Positions 47,978 to 56,717 are shown, counted from the stretch's first letter. The stretch: 64,000 bases of DNA from Chitinophagales bacterium (GCA_031425835.1 JANPKD010000028.1:12551-76550); one strand, 5' to 3'. Translations and numbers: made by a program. The notes: generated from the sequence alone by a model not told the origin.

Positions 47978-48926
47978 ACAGCGGAAGAATTTCCTCGAAA
48001 GTATTTCCAAATGGACGAGCCATATATTCTGTGCAAAGCATTGGACGATTGTACCGCTCCTTGATAGAAACAATTCTTTCCTCTAAATTTTCCTTGCTTT
48101 CATAATTATGAAACGAGATAACATCGGAATGAGAAAACATGTAATCATCCAATGCCGAGATGCGGTGGCTACAATGCCAGTTGTGCTGCCAGGGAGCCAT
48201 GGTAATAGGCTGAGTAGGATCTATTTTTCTTATCCAGTTAATCGTTTTTTTAAGCAGGGCCATTGAAAGACTGCTTTTATGGGCATGGTAATCATCATCC
48301 TTGTAGCTTGAAAGATTCATGTTATCGGGCTCATTGAATACATCCCAGATTAAAACTCTGTCGTCGTTTTTAAAGTGCGACACAATACCATTTATATAAC
48401 TATGCAGTTCGTCGTGTCTCATAGGGTTGTTCAACACATCGTACCCCGGGCATTGCACCCAACCAGAATTGTGTACATTATGGCGGGGCTGAGGTTGAAC
48501 GCCTAATTTTGGAAAAGGGTCCCATACCGCATCAAACAACACAAACATGATTTTGATGCCATGCCTCGCTGCAATTTGTAAAAAATGGTCGATGCGATTT
48601 AAGTAAACTGCTCCATCCTGTTGCCATAACAACTGGTGCAAAAACACCCGTGCAGTATTAAAACCCAGGCTGGCCGCCCAACTTAATTCTTTGTCAATAA
48701 GTGCAGGTGAAAAACTTTCCGACTGCCACATTTCGAGCTGGTTGATGGCATTGGCTGGAATATAATTGCATCCTACAAGCCAGCCATTTTTATCAATCCA
48801 GTTTTGTGCTTTTGCTTCAGACCAGCGATACGCCAGTTCTGCGTCGGGTTCCAAAAAAGGAACGGTGCGTGTAGTGGTTTTCATGTTCAGAGGGTTGAAA
48901 CTTTCGTTTGTAAAAGTTACGAACAT
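47757..48926 (-). CDS. Clan GH-A (GH5-like) glycoside hydrolase, no signal peptide
   Basis: GFNTARVFLH, WDVFNEPDN (acid/base Glu) and LCTEYMARP (nucleophile Glu context). The first ATG is at 48926. An alternative start MKTTTR lies at 48884. Confidence 0.7.
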   Translation of the reverse strand: MFVTFTNESFNPLNMKTTTRTVPFLEPDAELAYRWSEAKAQNWIDKNGWLVGCNYIPANAINQLEMWQSESFSPALIDKELSWAASLGFNTARVFLHQLLWQQDGAVYLNRIDHFLQIAARHGIKIMFVLFDAVWDPFPKLGVQPQPRHNVHNSGWVQCPGYDVLNNPMRHDELHSYINGIVSHFKNDDRVLIWDVFNEPDNMNLSSYKDDDYHAHKSSLSMALLKKTINWIRKIDPTQPITMAPWQHNWHCSHRISALDDYMFSHSDVISFHNYESKENLEERIVSIKERYNRPMLCTEYMARPFGNTFEEILPLFKEYNIGAYNWGLVAGKSQTHCPWDSWSKEYLNEPELWFHDIFRENGEAYLQKEVDFLKEFLRMKNQVQKKVA

Positions 48927-49060
48927 CAAATTAAAAGGAAAACCAAAAAAAATGCAAGTATAAACTGGTTAAAACATCGATTTTATCGCTGTAGCAAGCG
49001 TAATTAAGGACGGAACCGAAAGCCAGAATTAGCAGCGGTCGTATAGGTTGGGGAGTTAAT

Positions 49061-49098
49061 AAAAATAAAAAGCCGTCTTTAAGTAAAGACAGCCTTTT
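49061..49098 (-). terminator. Intrinsic terminator of the DUF892 gene
   Basis: GCCGTCTTTA / TAAAGACAGC stem (49072-81 / 49084-93, one mismatch). On the minus strand it is followed by TTTTTATTTT. Confidence 0.65.
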
Positions 49099-49183
49099 AT
49101 CACCGGGGAAATGAGTGCTTTCAGCTCCCGGTTCTTTGTTTGTAAGTGGAAAGGCAAAAATGAAATTGCCCAAAGAATTCACC

Positions 49184-49732
49184 TTACTCCGCCGCGGCCT
49201 CGTAGTTGATGTTATTCTCAGCAATGTCTGTAAGGAGCATATCAGTTTCCTTTTCTTCATTAAGTGTTTGCTCCAATAACTCCGCAGCCTCAGCATGACC
49301 AAGCGTTTCGGCCAATTGCCGTAGTCCGCCGTAAGTGGCAATTTCGTAATGCTCCACTTTTTGCGCCGCCAGTATCAAGCCTACATCCCGCGTAGAGGTA
49401 CCCGCATCTGTGTCTTCAATAATACCTTCGCCTTCTTTGATAAGGCCTTCGATGGCTTCGCATTTTTTTGCGCTGGCCTTTGCTCCAATTGATTGAAACA
49501 CCTGTTCAAGCCGGGTAACCTGCTCTTTTGATACTGCTAAATGATCTTCAAATGCGGCCTTCAGCTTATCCGAAGTGGCTGCCTTTTGCATTTTGGGAAG
49601 CGCCTTAATAATTGCCTTTTCCGCATAATACACGTCTTTCAAAGAATCGAGAAAAAGTTCCTGCAGCAAAGCATCACCCTGTGCTGCTCCTGCGTTTTTT
49701 GGTTGTTTTGTTTTTGAAGTTGTCTTTGCCAT
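49184..49732 (-). CDS. DUF892 (YciE/YciF-like) ferritin-like stress protein
   Basis: LKDVYYAEKAIIKALPKM...AFEDHL..SKEQV.RLEQVF...CEAIEGLI.EGE......AAQKVEHYEIATYG.L pattern. Confidence 0.85.
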   Translation of the reverse strand: MAKTTSKTKQPKNAGAAQGDALLQELFLDSLKDVYYAEKAIIKALPKMQKAATSDKLKAAFEDHLAVSKEQVTRLEQVFQSIGAKASAKKCEAIEGLIKEGEGIIEDTDAGTSTRDVGLILAAQKVEHYEIATYGGLRQLAETLGHAEAAELLEQTLNEEKETDMLLTDIAENNINYEAAAE

Positions 49733-49757
49733 AATTTTCTAGTTTTACTAACGCATC

Positions 49758-49772
49758 AAAAAAATAATGCCA
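49758..49772 (-). promoter_or_regulatory. Variant -24/-12-type element TGGCATT-ATTT-TTTT upstream of the DUF892 gene
   Basis: TTGGCATTATTTTTTTGAT is followed by exactly 22 nt before the ATG at 49732. The DUF2383 site has the same TTTTGAT-N22-ATG arrangement. Confidence 0.45.
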
Positions 49773-50047
49773 ACTACTAACTATACCGGGCAGTGAGCCT
49801 GGAACTGCGAGCTTGTGTATCATTGGCTACTCTAAACCTGATGTCAAAATACACACATCAGCATTTTGCAGCGAAATAGGGAAATTTAATAACCACTAAA
49901 AAATCAAATACGTTCAACTCACTACTTGATAGCGAAGGCTAAGGCAACCTCTACTAAAAAGCCCGGGGCTTGCTATCTCCGTAGCCATGGACGTGCCGGT
50001 AATGTTTGAGACTAATTATAGGCGGCAGGCAAAATCTACAACCCTTT

Positions 50048-52000
50048 TTACCACTTCAACTCAATCCTGTTATTCTTTCGGTCAATATCGGCCATGCGAT
50101 ACGATGGATCTATTTCTACGGAAACGACATCAGTAATTTTTTTTGTTGTGTTAACCGTGTATGTGGGGTGCGTCCATTTCCAGGCCTCATAAACTTTTCT
50201 GTTCGTTTGGTTTTTTTCTGCGGGTTTTGTGCCAAACATTAGATACTGCGGCACGTAATGCCACTCGCTGCTTCCATCTTTATAGGTAATTCTTAGATCA
50301 ATGGGCATTGGTATCATTCCAATATTTTTTAGCCGAATGTTTGTTGCTCCACTTCCTTCCCACAAACTATCAATTGCATAATCAATCGTCTTGGTGGTGT
50401 TCACCCAATAACCCTTATACCAATCCAATTGAATACCGCTCTGCTTTTCAGCCAGTCTAATCAGGTCATCAGCATCGGGATGTTTAAACCGCCACTGCCT
50501 GTAATACTCCCGCAAAATCTTATCGCGGTTGTCGGCGCCAACTATGTACCCTAGCTGCTCCATAAACACGGCACCTTTTGAATAAGCCGCATTACTGTAT
50601 GCATAGTTTGTATTAAACTGATCGGCGTGGGTGCTCAGTGGTTCTTCTCTCCCACTGCGGGCTAAAGAAAGATAGCCACGGTAGTTGCCTTCGTGATACA
50701 GCGGTTTTGCGTTGGCTGCTAACGAATCGAACTTTCTTAGTTCTACAGGGTTGTTCAACAATGTTTTTCTCGACACTTGCACGCGGTAAAACTCTTCTAC
50801 CAAATTGGTTGAATATTCTGTAAAACCTTCGTCCATCCAGGCGAATAAACTTTCGTTGGTGCCCAGCATCATTTGGTACCAGCTGTGCATCCACTCGTGA
50901 AAGGCGGTGCCTAAACTTGAGCTGGCCAGCATCGTTGTCATAGGGTATTCCATGCCCCCATCACCACCATGCACAAATGAATATTGCTTATAAGCGTATT
51001 CGCCAAAATTATTTTTTATAAATGGATACACCGTAACCGCACCATCGGCTATTGCCTTCCATGCCGCTTCTTCAGTTGGATCGTTCTCCGGATTTTTATA
51101 CAGCACATGAATGGCCGGGCCGTTAGTGATCTGGCGTGTGAGGTGTTTAAATTCAGGATCGGCGGCCCAGGCAAAATCGTGTACGTTTGGCGCAATAAAT
51201 TTCCAGGTTAATTTGTTGCCGGCCTGCCTTGTAACCTTCGCACCTTTGTCTTCGTAACCATAACCAATGCTGTTGGCATTTTGCAGGTAGCCGCTGCCAC
51301 CGATTATGTATTTTTTATCAATGTTAATCGTTACATCGTAATCGCCCCACACACCATAAAACTCGCGGGCAATGTATGGAGTAGGGTGCCAGCCATCCTT
51401 ATCGTACTCCACCATTTTTGGGTACCATTGCGTCATGGTATATCGCACACGGGTGTCGGGATTGTCGCGGCCACTGCGGCGTATCTGCAATGGAACCTGT
51501 GCCTCCCAATCCATATCAAACACAACTTTTGAGTTGGGCACAATTGGTTTATCCAGCATCACCTCCAAAATTGTTTCATGCAATTTGGTTTGCTGCACAC
51601 GGCCATTCAATTTAATTACCGAAACATTTTGGTAGCCAATTTCGTTGGGTTTCAAATTTACAATGCGGTCTTCCACACGGGGGTCCCAATCGGCAATATC
51701 ATTACCGTTCCTGTCTTTACGAAATACCACTGTACCCTGCCTGCGGCTGCGTTCATCCATCATGCTATGGGGCTGAAATGCGTTCCAGTACAAATGCAGA
51801 AACACTTGCTTCAAGGTATCGGGAGAATTGTTCCAATAGTCAATTTTTTGTGTACCGGTATACCGGTTTGTTTCCACGTTCATGTCGATGTTCATGGTGT
51901 ATTTAATTTTCTGTTGCCAATAGGCCGGCGGGGTGGATTGCGAAAATGCATTTGCGGCACAGAAAATAAAAGAGAAGAGAATAAAAATGTTTTTGTTCAT
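50048..52000 (-). CDS. M1-family zinc metallopeptidase (aminopeptidase N-like), secreted
   Basis: HEWMHSW (HExxH) plus WMDEGFTEY (distal Glu). The signal peptide is MNKNIFILFSFIFCAANAFSQ, so the start is moved to the ATG at 52000. Confidence 0.88.
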   Translation of the reverse strand: MNKNIFILFSFIFCAANAFSQSTPPAYWQQKIKYTMNIDMNVETNRYTGTQKIDYWNNSPDTLKQVFLHLYWNAFQPHSMMDERSRRQGTVVFRKDRNGNDIADWDPRVEDRIVNLKPNEIGYQNVSVIKLNGRVQQTKLHETILEVMLDKPIVPNSKVVFDMDWEAQVPLQIRRSGRDNPDTRVRYTMTQWYPKMVEYDKDGWHPTPYIAREFYGVWGDYDVTINIDKKYIIGGSGYLQNANSIGYGYEDKGAKVTRQAGNKLTWKFIAPNVHDFAWAADPEFKHLTRQITNGPAIHVLYKNPENDPTEEAAWKAIADGAVTVYPFIKNNFGEYAYKQYSFVHGGDGGMEYPMTTMLASSSLGTAFHEWMHSWYQMMLGTNESLFAWMDEGFTEYSTNLVEEFYRVQVSRKTLLNNPVELRKFDSLAANAKPLYHEGNYRGYLSLARSGREEPLSTHADQFNTNYAYSNAAYSKGAVFMEQLGYIVGADNRDKILREYYRQWRFKHPDADDLIRLAEKQSGIQLDWYKGYWVNTTKTIDYAIDSLWEGSGATNIRLKNIGMIPMPIDLRITYKDGSSEWHYVPQYLMFGTKPAEKNQTNRKVYEAWKWTHPTYTVNTTKKITDVVSVEIDPSYRMADIDRKNNRIELKW

Positions 52001-52105
52001 AATTTGAATTTCACTTTCATCGGGATGATAAAAAAAATGATGAAGAAGCATTTCATTCAATTCACTTCTTCATCAGCAGTTTGTAAATTTCGCCAAATAG
52101 CTGTT

Positions 52106-52789
52106 ATGATAAAAAGAAAATTTATTGACGGGCACCCTTTTATAGCTTATTCAAAAGCCACAGTGCCACCGGGGGTAGTGCTGCAAAAAAGCAAGGATTT
52201 TTATCATTGGATGGATGAACGACGCACGGTAAGAGATTTTTCAAACAAACCCATAGAAAGAGAAGTGATTGAAAATATTTTACTCACAGCATCAACAGCC
52301 CCAAGTGGTGCACACAAACAACCGTGGACGTTTTGTGTGGTCAGTAATGCTTCATTAAAAAAACAAATTAGGGATGCGGCGGAAAAAGAAGAATACGAAA
52401 GTTATAACGGCCGCCTGCCAGCCGATTGGCTTGAGGATTTAAAACCGCTGCAAACAGATTGGAGAAAAGAATTTTTAGAAACAGCGCCTTACCTGATTAT
52501 CGTGTTCAAAAAAAATTACGAATTGGTTGACGGCCAAAAACGTAACACCTATTATGCCGTGGAAAGCTGTGGTATTGCTTTGGGGTTTTTATTAGCTGCC
52601 ATTCATAATGCCGGTTTGGTTGCGTTAACGCACACGCCATCGCCCATGAATTTTTTGGGTAAGATTTTGAACAGGCCTGAGAATGAAAAACCATTTTTAT
52701 TAGTGCCGGTGGGTTACGCGGCGGAGGAATGTTGGGTTCCGGATTTGAGGAGGAAGGGGTTGGAGGAGGTGAGTGTGTGGTTTGAGTGA
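52106..52789 (+). CDS. Nitroreductase-superfamily flavoprotein of the iodotyrosine-deiodinase-like subgroup
   Basis: RRTVRDFSNKPI, APSGAHKQPW, EKEEYESYNGRL...DWRKEFLETAPYLIIVFKK. The Glu/Tyr/Lys substrate-lid pattern resembles IYD. The long upstream part of ORF 51578..52789 is antisense to the peptidase gene. The start is set at the ATG at 52106. Confidence 0.7.
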   Translation: MIKRKFIDGHPFIAYSKATVPPGVVLQKSKDFYHWMDERRTVRDFSNKPIEREVIENILLTASTAPSGAHKQPWTFCVVSNASLKKQIRDAAEKEEYESYNGRLPADWLEDLKPLQTDWRKEFLETAPYLIIVFKKNYELVDGQKRNTYYAVESCGIALGFLLAAIHNAGLVALTHTPSPMNFLGKILNRPENEKPFLLVPVGYAAEECWVPDLRRKGLEEVSVWFE

Positions 52790-52829
52790 AAAGCATGTCG
52801 GCCAGTAATTATAATGCCTGGTAAAATAA

Positions 52830-53519
52830 CTATTCCTCTGGCTTGGATATTTTCTTTGGCAAGCCCTCCACCACAATCACTATCTCTCCCTTAACCGTTT
52901 TTGCTGAGAAATATTCATGTACTTCCTGTAGCGTTCCTCTTTTATTTTCTTCGAACATTTTTGTGAGTTCGCGGCTTACACTGCATTGACGGTTGCTGCC
53001 AAAGTATTGCATCAAATCTTTTAGAGTTCTTACCAGTCGCATAGGTGATTCGTAAAAAATTAATGTTCGTTCTTCTTCGGCTAATTGTGTAAGTAAGGTG
53101 TGCCTGCCTTTTTTCAGCGGAAGAAATCCCTCAAATGCAAAACGGTTCGTTGGTAGCCCGCTGTTTACCAATGCAGGAACAAAGGCGGTGGCTCCGGGCA
53201 GGGTTTCTATTTTAATGTTGTTTTGTACGCAGGCCCGAACGAGTAAAAATGCCGGGTCGGAAATACCGGGGGTGCCTGCATCGGTTATGAGTGCAATGTT
53301 TTTTCCCGCCAGCAGTTGGTCAACTAAGTGCTGCACAATTTTATGTTCGTTGTGCTGGTGGTAAGGCGATACTGGTTTTTGAATATTGTAGTGTGATAAA
53401 AATTTGGAGGAAGTGCGGGTGTCTTCGCACAAAATAAAATCTACCGACTGCAACACCTCGATTGAACGGTAGGTAGTGTCTTTCAAATTGCCAAGTGGTG
53501 TGGGTATGAGGTAGAGCAT
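52830..53519 (-). CDS. rsmI: 16S rRNA (cytidine1402-2-prime-O)-methyltransferase
   Basis: MLYLIPTPLGNLKDTTYRSIEVL..VDFILCEDTR... and ITDAGTPGISDP tetrapyrrole-methylase-fold motifs. Confidence 0.9.
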   Translation of the reverse strand: MLYLIPTPLGNLKDTTYRSIEVLQSVDFILCEDTRTSSKFLSHYNIQKPVSPYHQHNEHKIVQHLVDQLLAGKNIALITDAGTPGISDPAFLLVRACVQNNIKIETLPGATAFVPALVNSGLPTNRFAFEGFLPLKKGRHTLLTQLAEEERTLIFYESPMRLVRTLKDLMQYFGSNRQCSVSRELTKMFEENKRGTLQEVHEYFSAKTVKGEIVIVVEGLPKKISKPEE

Positions 53520-53578
53520 TAGAAACGTTGAAAATAATTTGCCGAAAATTGACGTTTAGTCAACCTCGTACTAACAAT

Positions 53579-53827
53579 TTACGGCTGCACCGTCACTTCA
53601 AAATACTCCATCACCGCGTTTGCCAAAAGTTTTTTACTTGCTTCTTCGGCTATTGATTTTGCGTCGGCTTCCGACGCTGCTTCAATTTGCAGCGTAATGT
53701 TTTTACCAATACGAACATCTTCAATACTTTTTAAACCCAAATTAGAAAGGCCTGCCATTACCGCTTTACCTTGTGGGTCTAAGAGTTCTTTCAGTGGCAT
53801 TACTTTAACTTCAATCGTGTATTTCAT
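53579..53827 (-). CDS. purS: Phosphoribosylformylglycinamidine synthase subunit PurS
   Basis: 82 aa with V.V.PK..LLDPQGKAV...L..LG...I.DVR.GK...L pattern. Confidence 0.85.
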   Translation of the reverse strand: MKYTIEVKVMPLKELLDPQGKAVMAGLSNLGLKSIEDVRIGKNITLQIEAASEADAKSIAEEASKKLLANAVMEYFEVTVQP

Positions 53828-53907
53828 TTACAAAAATTTATTACCAGTTATGATGATGTGATGCTATTTGCCTCAGCCAAACTTATTATTCCAAATGCAA
53901 AGGGTTT

Positions 53908-54032
53908 TAAACCTTAGTAGAAATCCAGTACACACAATATCTGACCCTTATTACCTTATTGTTCTGCAGCCAGGTGGATAATTAAGGTAATAAGGTTTGG
54001 TTCTAAGGTCAATGATCTGCTACTAAGGTTTA
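53908..54032. repeat. Nested palindromic element (125 nt)
   Basis: The outer 13-bp perfect inverted repeat is TAAACCTTAGTAG (53908-20) / CTACTAAGGTTTA (54020-32). The inner 13-bp perfect inverted repeat is CCTTATTACCTTA / TAAGGTAATAAGG (about 53946-58 / 53983-95). Internal loops are symmetric. Confidence 0.65.
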
Positions 54033-54114
54033 CAACTAAGCCTAACCTCACCGATTATATTTCAACATCAAACAGCCGTGCCGACACCCACGCCATGGCG
54101 GGCAAGCATTTGAT

Positions 54115-54921
54115 TCAAACCGTTACATCAACCATCTCCTTTTCAACAGCAGGCAACACAGCATTTTGTTTGCCTGCAACAAGAGATACAATGATGTACA
54201 AAATAAAAATAACCGGCACGGCCAGCCATTGCAAAAAAATAATTGCCAATATTGATGCGGCCAGTAGCAGGTAGGTAAGCCCGTTGCTTTTAAATGAATA
54301 GTTGGTGAATTTCATGGCCAAAAAGGTGTGGTTGCTGATCATTAAATAACTCACCACCAAAATCACTGCATACAGCAACCAAACGTTTATAAAAAAATAC
54401 TGCAGGTTAAAATACTGATACCAGATAATGAGTGGAAACGAAGCAACCAGCAACCCCGCAGCAGGAGAAGGCACGCCACTAAAACTATGCGACTGGTTCG
54501 TGCTAATGTTGAACTTTGCCAGACGCCATGCAACAGCAGCCGAAAAAATGAATGCTGGCAGCAAGGCAAGCATCGATACATCTAAGCCCCCCGCTTCGTT
54601 GGCATAACCAATGCGCAGCAATTGGTAGAGTATCATTCCCGGCGCCACACCAAAACTCACTACATCGCATAACGAATCCAACTGCTTCCCTTTTTCAGAA
54701 TTTGCTTTGAGTAACCTGGCAAGAAAGCCATCGAGGAAATCAACTATGGCCGCGCCGAAAATAAACAATGAACCCTGCCATATTTTTTCGGGCATCGTTA
54801 CCTGTGTTACCCCATTGTTATCAAGCAAAACAATTGTTTCACCGGTTTGCAAAATCAGCACAATGGCAATGCAGCCAAAAATTAAATTGATAAGCGTAAA
54901 AATGTTTGGAATTTGTTTCAT
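54115..54921 (-). CDS. pssA: CDP-diacylglycerol--serine O-phosphatidyltransferase (CDP-alcohol phosphatidyltransferase family)
   Basis: DFLDGFLARLLKANSEKGKQLDSLCDVVSFGVAP matches D(x)2DG(x)2AR...G(x)3D(x)3D. Multi-TM protein. Confidence 0.85.
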   Translation of the reverse strand: MKQIPNIFTLINLIFGCIAIVLILQTGETIVLLDNNGVTQVTMPEKIWQGSLFIFGAAIVDFLDGFLARLLKANSEKGKQLDSLCDVVSFGVAPGMILYQLLRIGYANEAGGLDVSMLALLPAFIFSAAVAWRLAKFNISTNQSHSFSGVPSPAAGLLVASFPLIIWYQYFNLQYFFINVWLLYAVILVVSYLMISNHTFLAMKFTNYSFKSNGLTYLLLAASILAIIFLQWLAVPVIFILYIIVSLVAGKQNAVLPAVEKEMVDVTV

Positions 54922-54969
54922 GCCTTGTGCTTTTTTTGAACACGGATAAAACGGAATTGATAGATCATA

Positions 54970-55118
54970 ATGCCTGCCCGTTCGTTCAGGCGGGGATTGA
55001 TTTTACTTCGTAAAATTTGGATGATTGATCCACTCAAAAAAATTACGAACAATCAATCCTCAAATCCACTTTTCTGCGCAGCAAAAAAAAATCTCCGCCT
55101 GACTGGACGGGCAGGCGT
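54970..55118. mobile_element. MITE-like element with ~27-nt imperfect terminal inverted repeats
   Basis: The left arm ATGCCTGCCCGTTCGTTCAGGCGGGGA (54970-96) matches the reverse complement of the right arm TCTCCGCCTGACTGGACGGGCAGGCGT (55092-118) at about 22/27 positions. An inner inverted repeat GGATTGATT / AATCAATCC is present. There is no coding capacity. Confidence 0.45.
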
Positions 55119-55206
55119 TGATATCCTTTTTATCCACCCAATCCGTGTGCCTCTGTTGTGAGGCGCAAATATAAAAGAAAGCCCTCCGTAAAAGAGGGCA
55201 AAAATA

Positions 55207-56496
55207 TTACCGCTTCATAGCGGCTTCAATTTCGTCAACAGTAATTGGTATCCCCTCAAATAAATCAATGTGGCCGTTATCGGTAATCCAAATGTTGTTT
55301 TCAATTCGAATGCCCATACCTTCCTCTTCTATATAAATGCCCGGCTCCACGGTAAATAACATACCGGCCTGTATTGGTTCCGTTCTTGTTCCTAAATCAT
55401 GCACATCGAGGCCTAAATGATGCGAAATTCCATGATACAAATATTTTCGGTAAGCCCGGTTGTCGGGGTCTTCGTTTTTTACATCTTCTTCTTTTATTAA
55501 ACCAATTTTTAAAAATTGCCTGGTGGCTTCGTCGCCCACTTTTTCGGTGTAATCAATAATTGAAATGCCTGGCTTCAATAAACTTTTTGCATGATTATGT
55601 AAATGCAAACAGGCGTTGTACACTTCTTTTTGCCGTGCTGTAAATTTTCCGTTTACTGGAATGGTTCGGGAGAGATCGGCATTGTAACCACCATAAGCCG
55701 CACCAAAATCCATCAGTATCAATTCACCATCCCTGCACTCCTGATCGTTACTTACATAATGAAGGGTACGTGCCCTGTCGCCGCTGGCAATAATACTTCC
55801 ATATGCTTCGCCTCTAGACCCCTGCGTGAGAAATGAATGAACAATCTCGGCATGAATTTCATTTTCAAACACCCCGGGTTGCACAAATTTTAGTACCCGT
55901 AAAAATGCATTGTGTGTAATTTCAACCGCCTTTTTTGTTACTTCAATTTCGTGTTGATTTTTTACACCACGCAGTTCCTTTAAAATTTTCGCTGCTCTTT
56001 CGTATTGGTGCAATGGGTAACGGCTTTTCATTTCATCTACAAAGCGGTAATCCCTGGTGCGCACCAAACTCGCTTTGCGGTCGTTTTCATTTGTATCTAA
56101 ATAAATGGCGTCGGCTAAATGCACCCAGGTTTGCAGCATCGCATCAATTGCATCAAGCCACACAATTGTTTGTATGCCGCTCATCTTTATAGCTTCCTCT
56201 TTACGCAAACGTTTGCCATCCCATTTTTCTTTTACCTCGTTCGGCCTTACAAGCACCAGCACTTCCCGGTATTTCGCATCGGGATTATCGGGGAAAAGAA
56301 TCACCATTGAGTCTTCCTGCATAATACCCGACAGCCAATACAAATCGCTGTTTTGTTTGAATGTGTGAATCGCATCTCCATTGCTCGGCACCTCATCGTT
56401 GCTTACAAAAATGGCGATTGATGAAGATTTCATTTTCGATACAAACCTTTGGCGGTTGTTTATAAATAAGTCGGGGTTTAAGGCGTATTGTTTCAT
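55207..56496 (-). CDS. Xaa-Pro aminopeptidase (M24B family)
   Basis: N-terminal creatinase/AMP_N-like domain. The pita-bread domain has DFGAAYGGYNADLSRT, HGISHHLGLDVHD and EPGIY.E metal ligand contexts. Confidence 0.88.
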   Translation of the reverse strand: MKQYALNPDLFINNRQRFVSKMKSSSIAIFVSNDEVPSNGDAIHTFKQNSDLYWLSGIMQEDSMVILFPDNPDAKYREVLVLVRPNEVKEKWDGKRLRKEEAIKMSGIQTIVWLDAIDAMLQTWVHLADAIYLDTNENDRKASLVRTRDYRFVDEMKSRYPLHQYERAAKILKELRGVKNQHEIEVTKKAVEITHNAFLRVLKFVQPGVFENEIHAEIVHSFLTQGSRGEAYGSIIASGDRARTLHYVSNDQECRDGELILMDFGAAYGGYNADLSRTIPVNGKFTARQKEVYNACLHLHNHAKSLLKPGISIIDYTEKVGDEATRQFLKIGLIKEEDVKNEDPDNRAYRKYLYHGISHHLGLDVHDLGTRTEPIQAGMLFTVEPGIYIEEEGMGIRIENNIWITDNGHIDLFEGIPITVDEIEAAMKR

Positions 56497-56717
56497 AAAA
56501 AAAATTAACTGAGTGGCAAATTAAGCCGAATTGATACAAAGCTGACCAAATTATTAGTTGCAAAACCTTGCATTGCACCATCTGTTCACCTGGTTTAAAA
56601 AGTGCGGGAAACGCGGGATGAGCGGTACTGTCTACGGCAGCTGAGTTTACCGCAATCTGCAATATTCAACCATGCGTACTTACTACACTTGCATTTAGGC
56701 CCGAAATTTTTATGGCT

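Noticed and set aside
51578-52105. The N-terminal 176 codons of ORF 51578..52789.
   Set aside because: They are antisense to the well-supported M1 peptidase gene. The nitroreductase homology begins only at MIKRKF (52106).
53828-54114. A purine riboswitch upstream of purS.
   Set aside because: The conserved three-way-junction core sequences of the purine riboswitch are absent. The region is instead a nested perfect palindrome.
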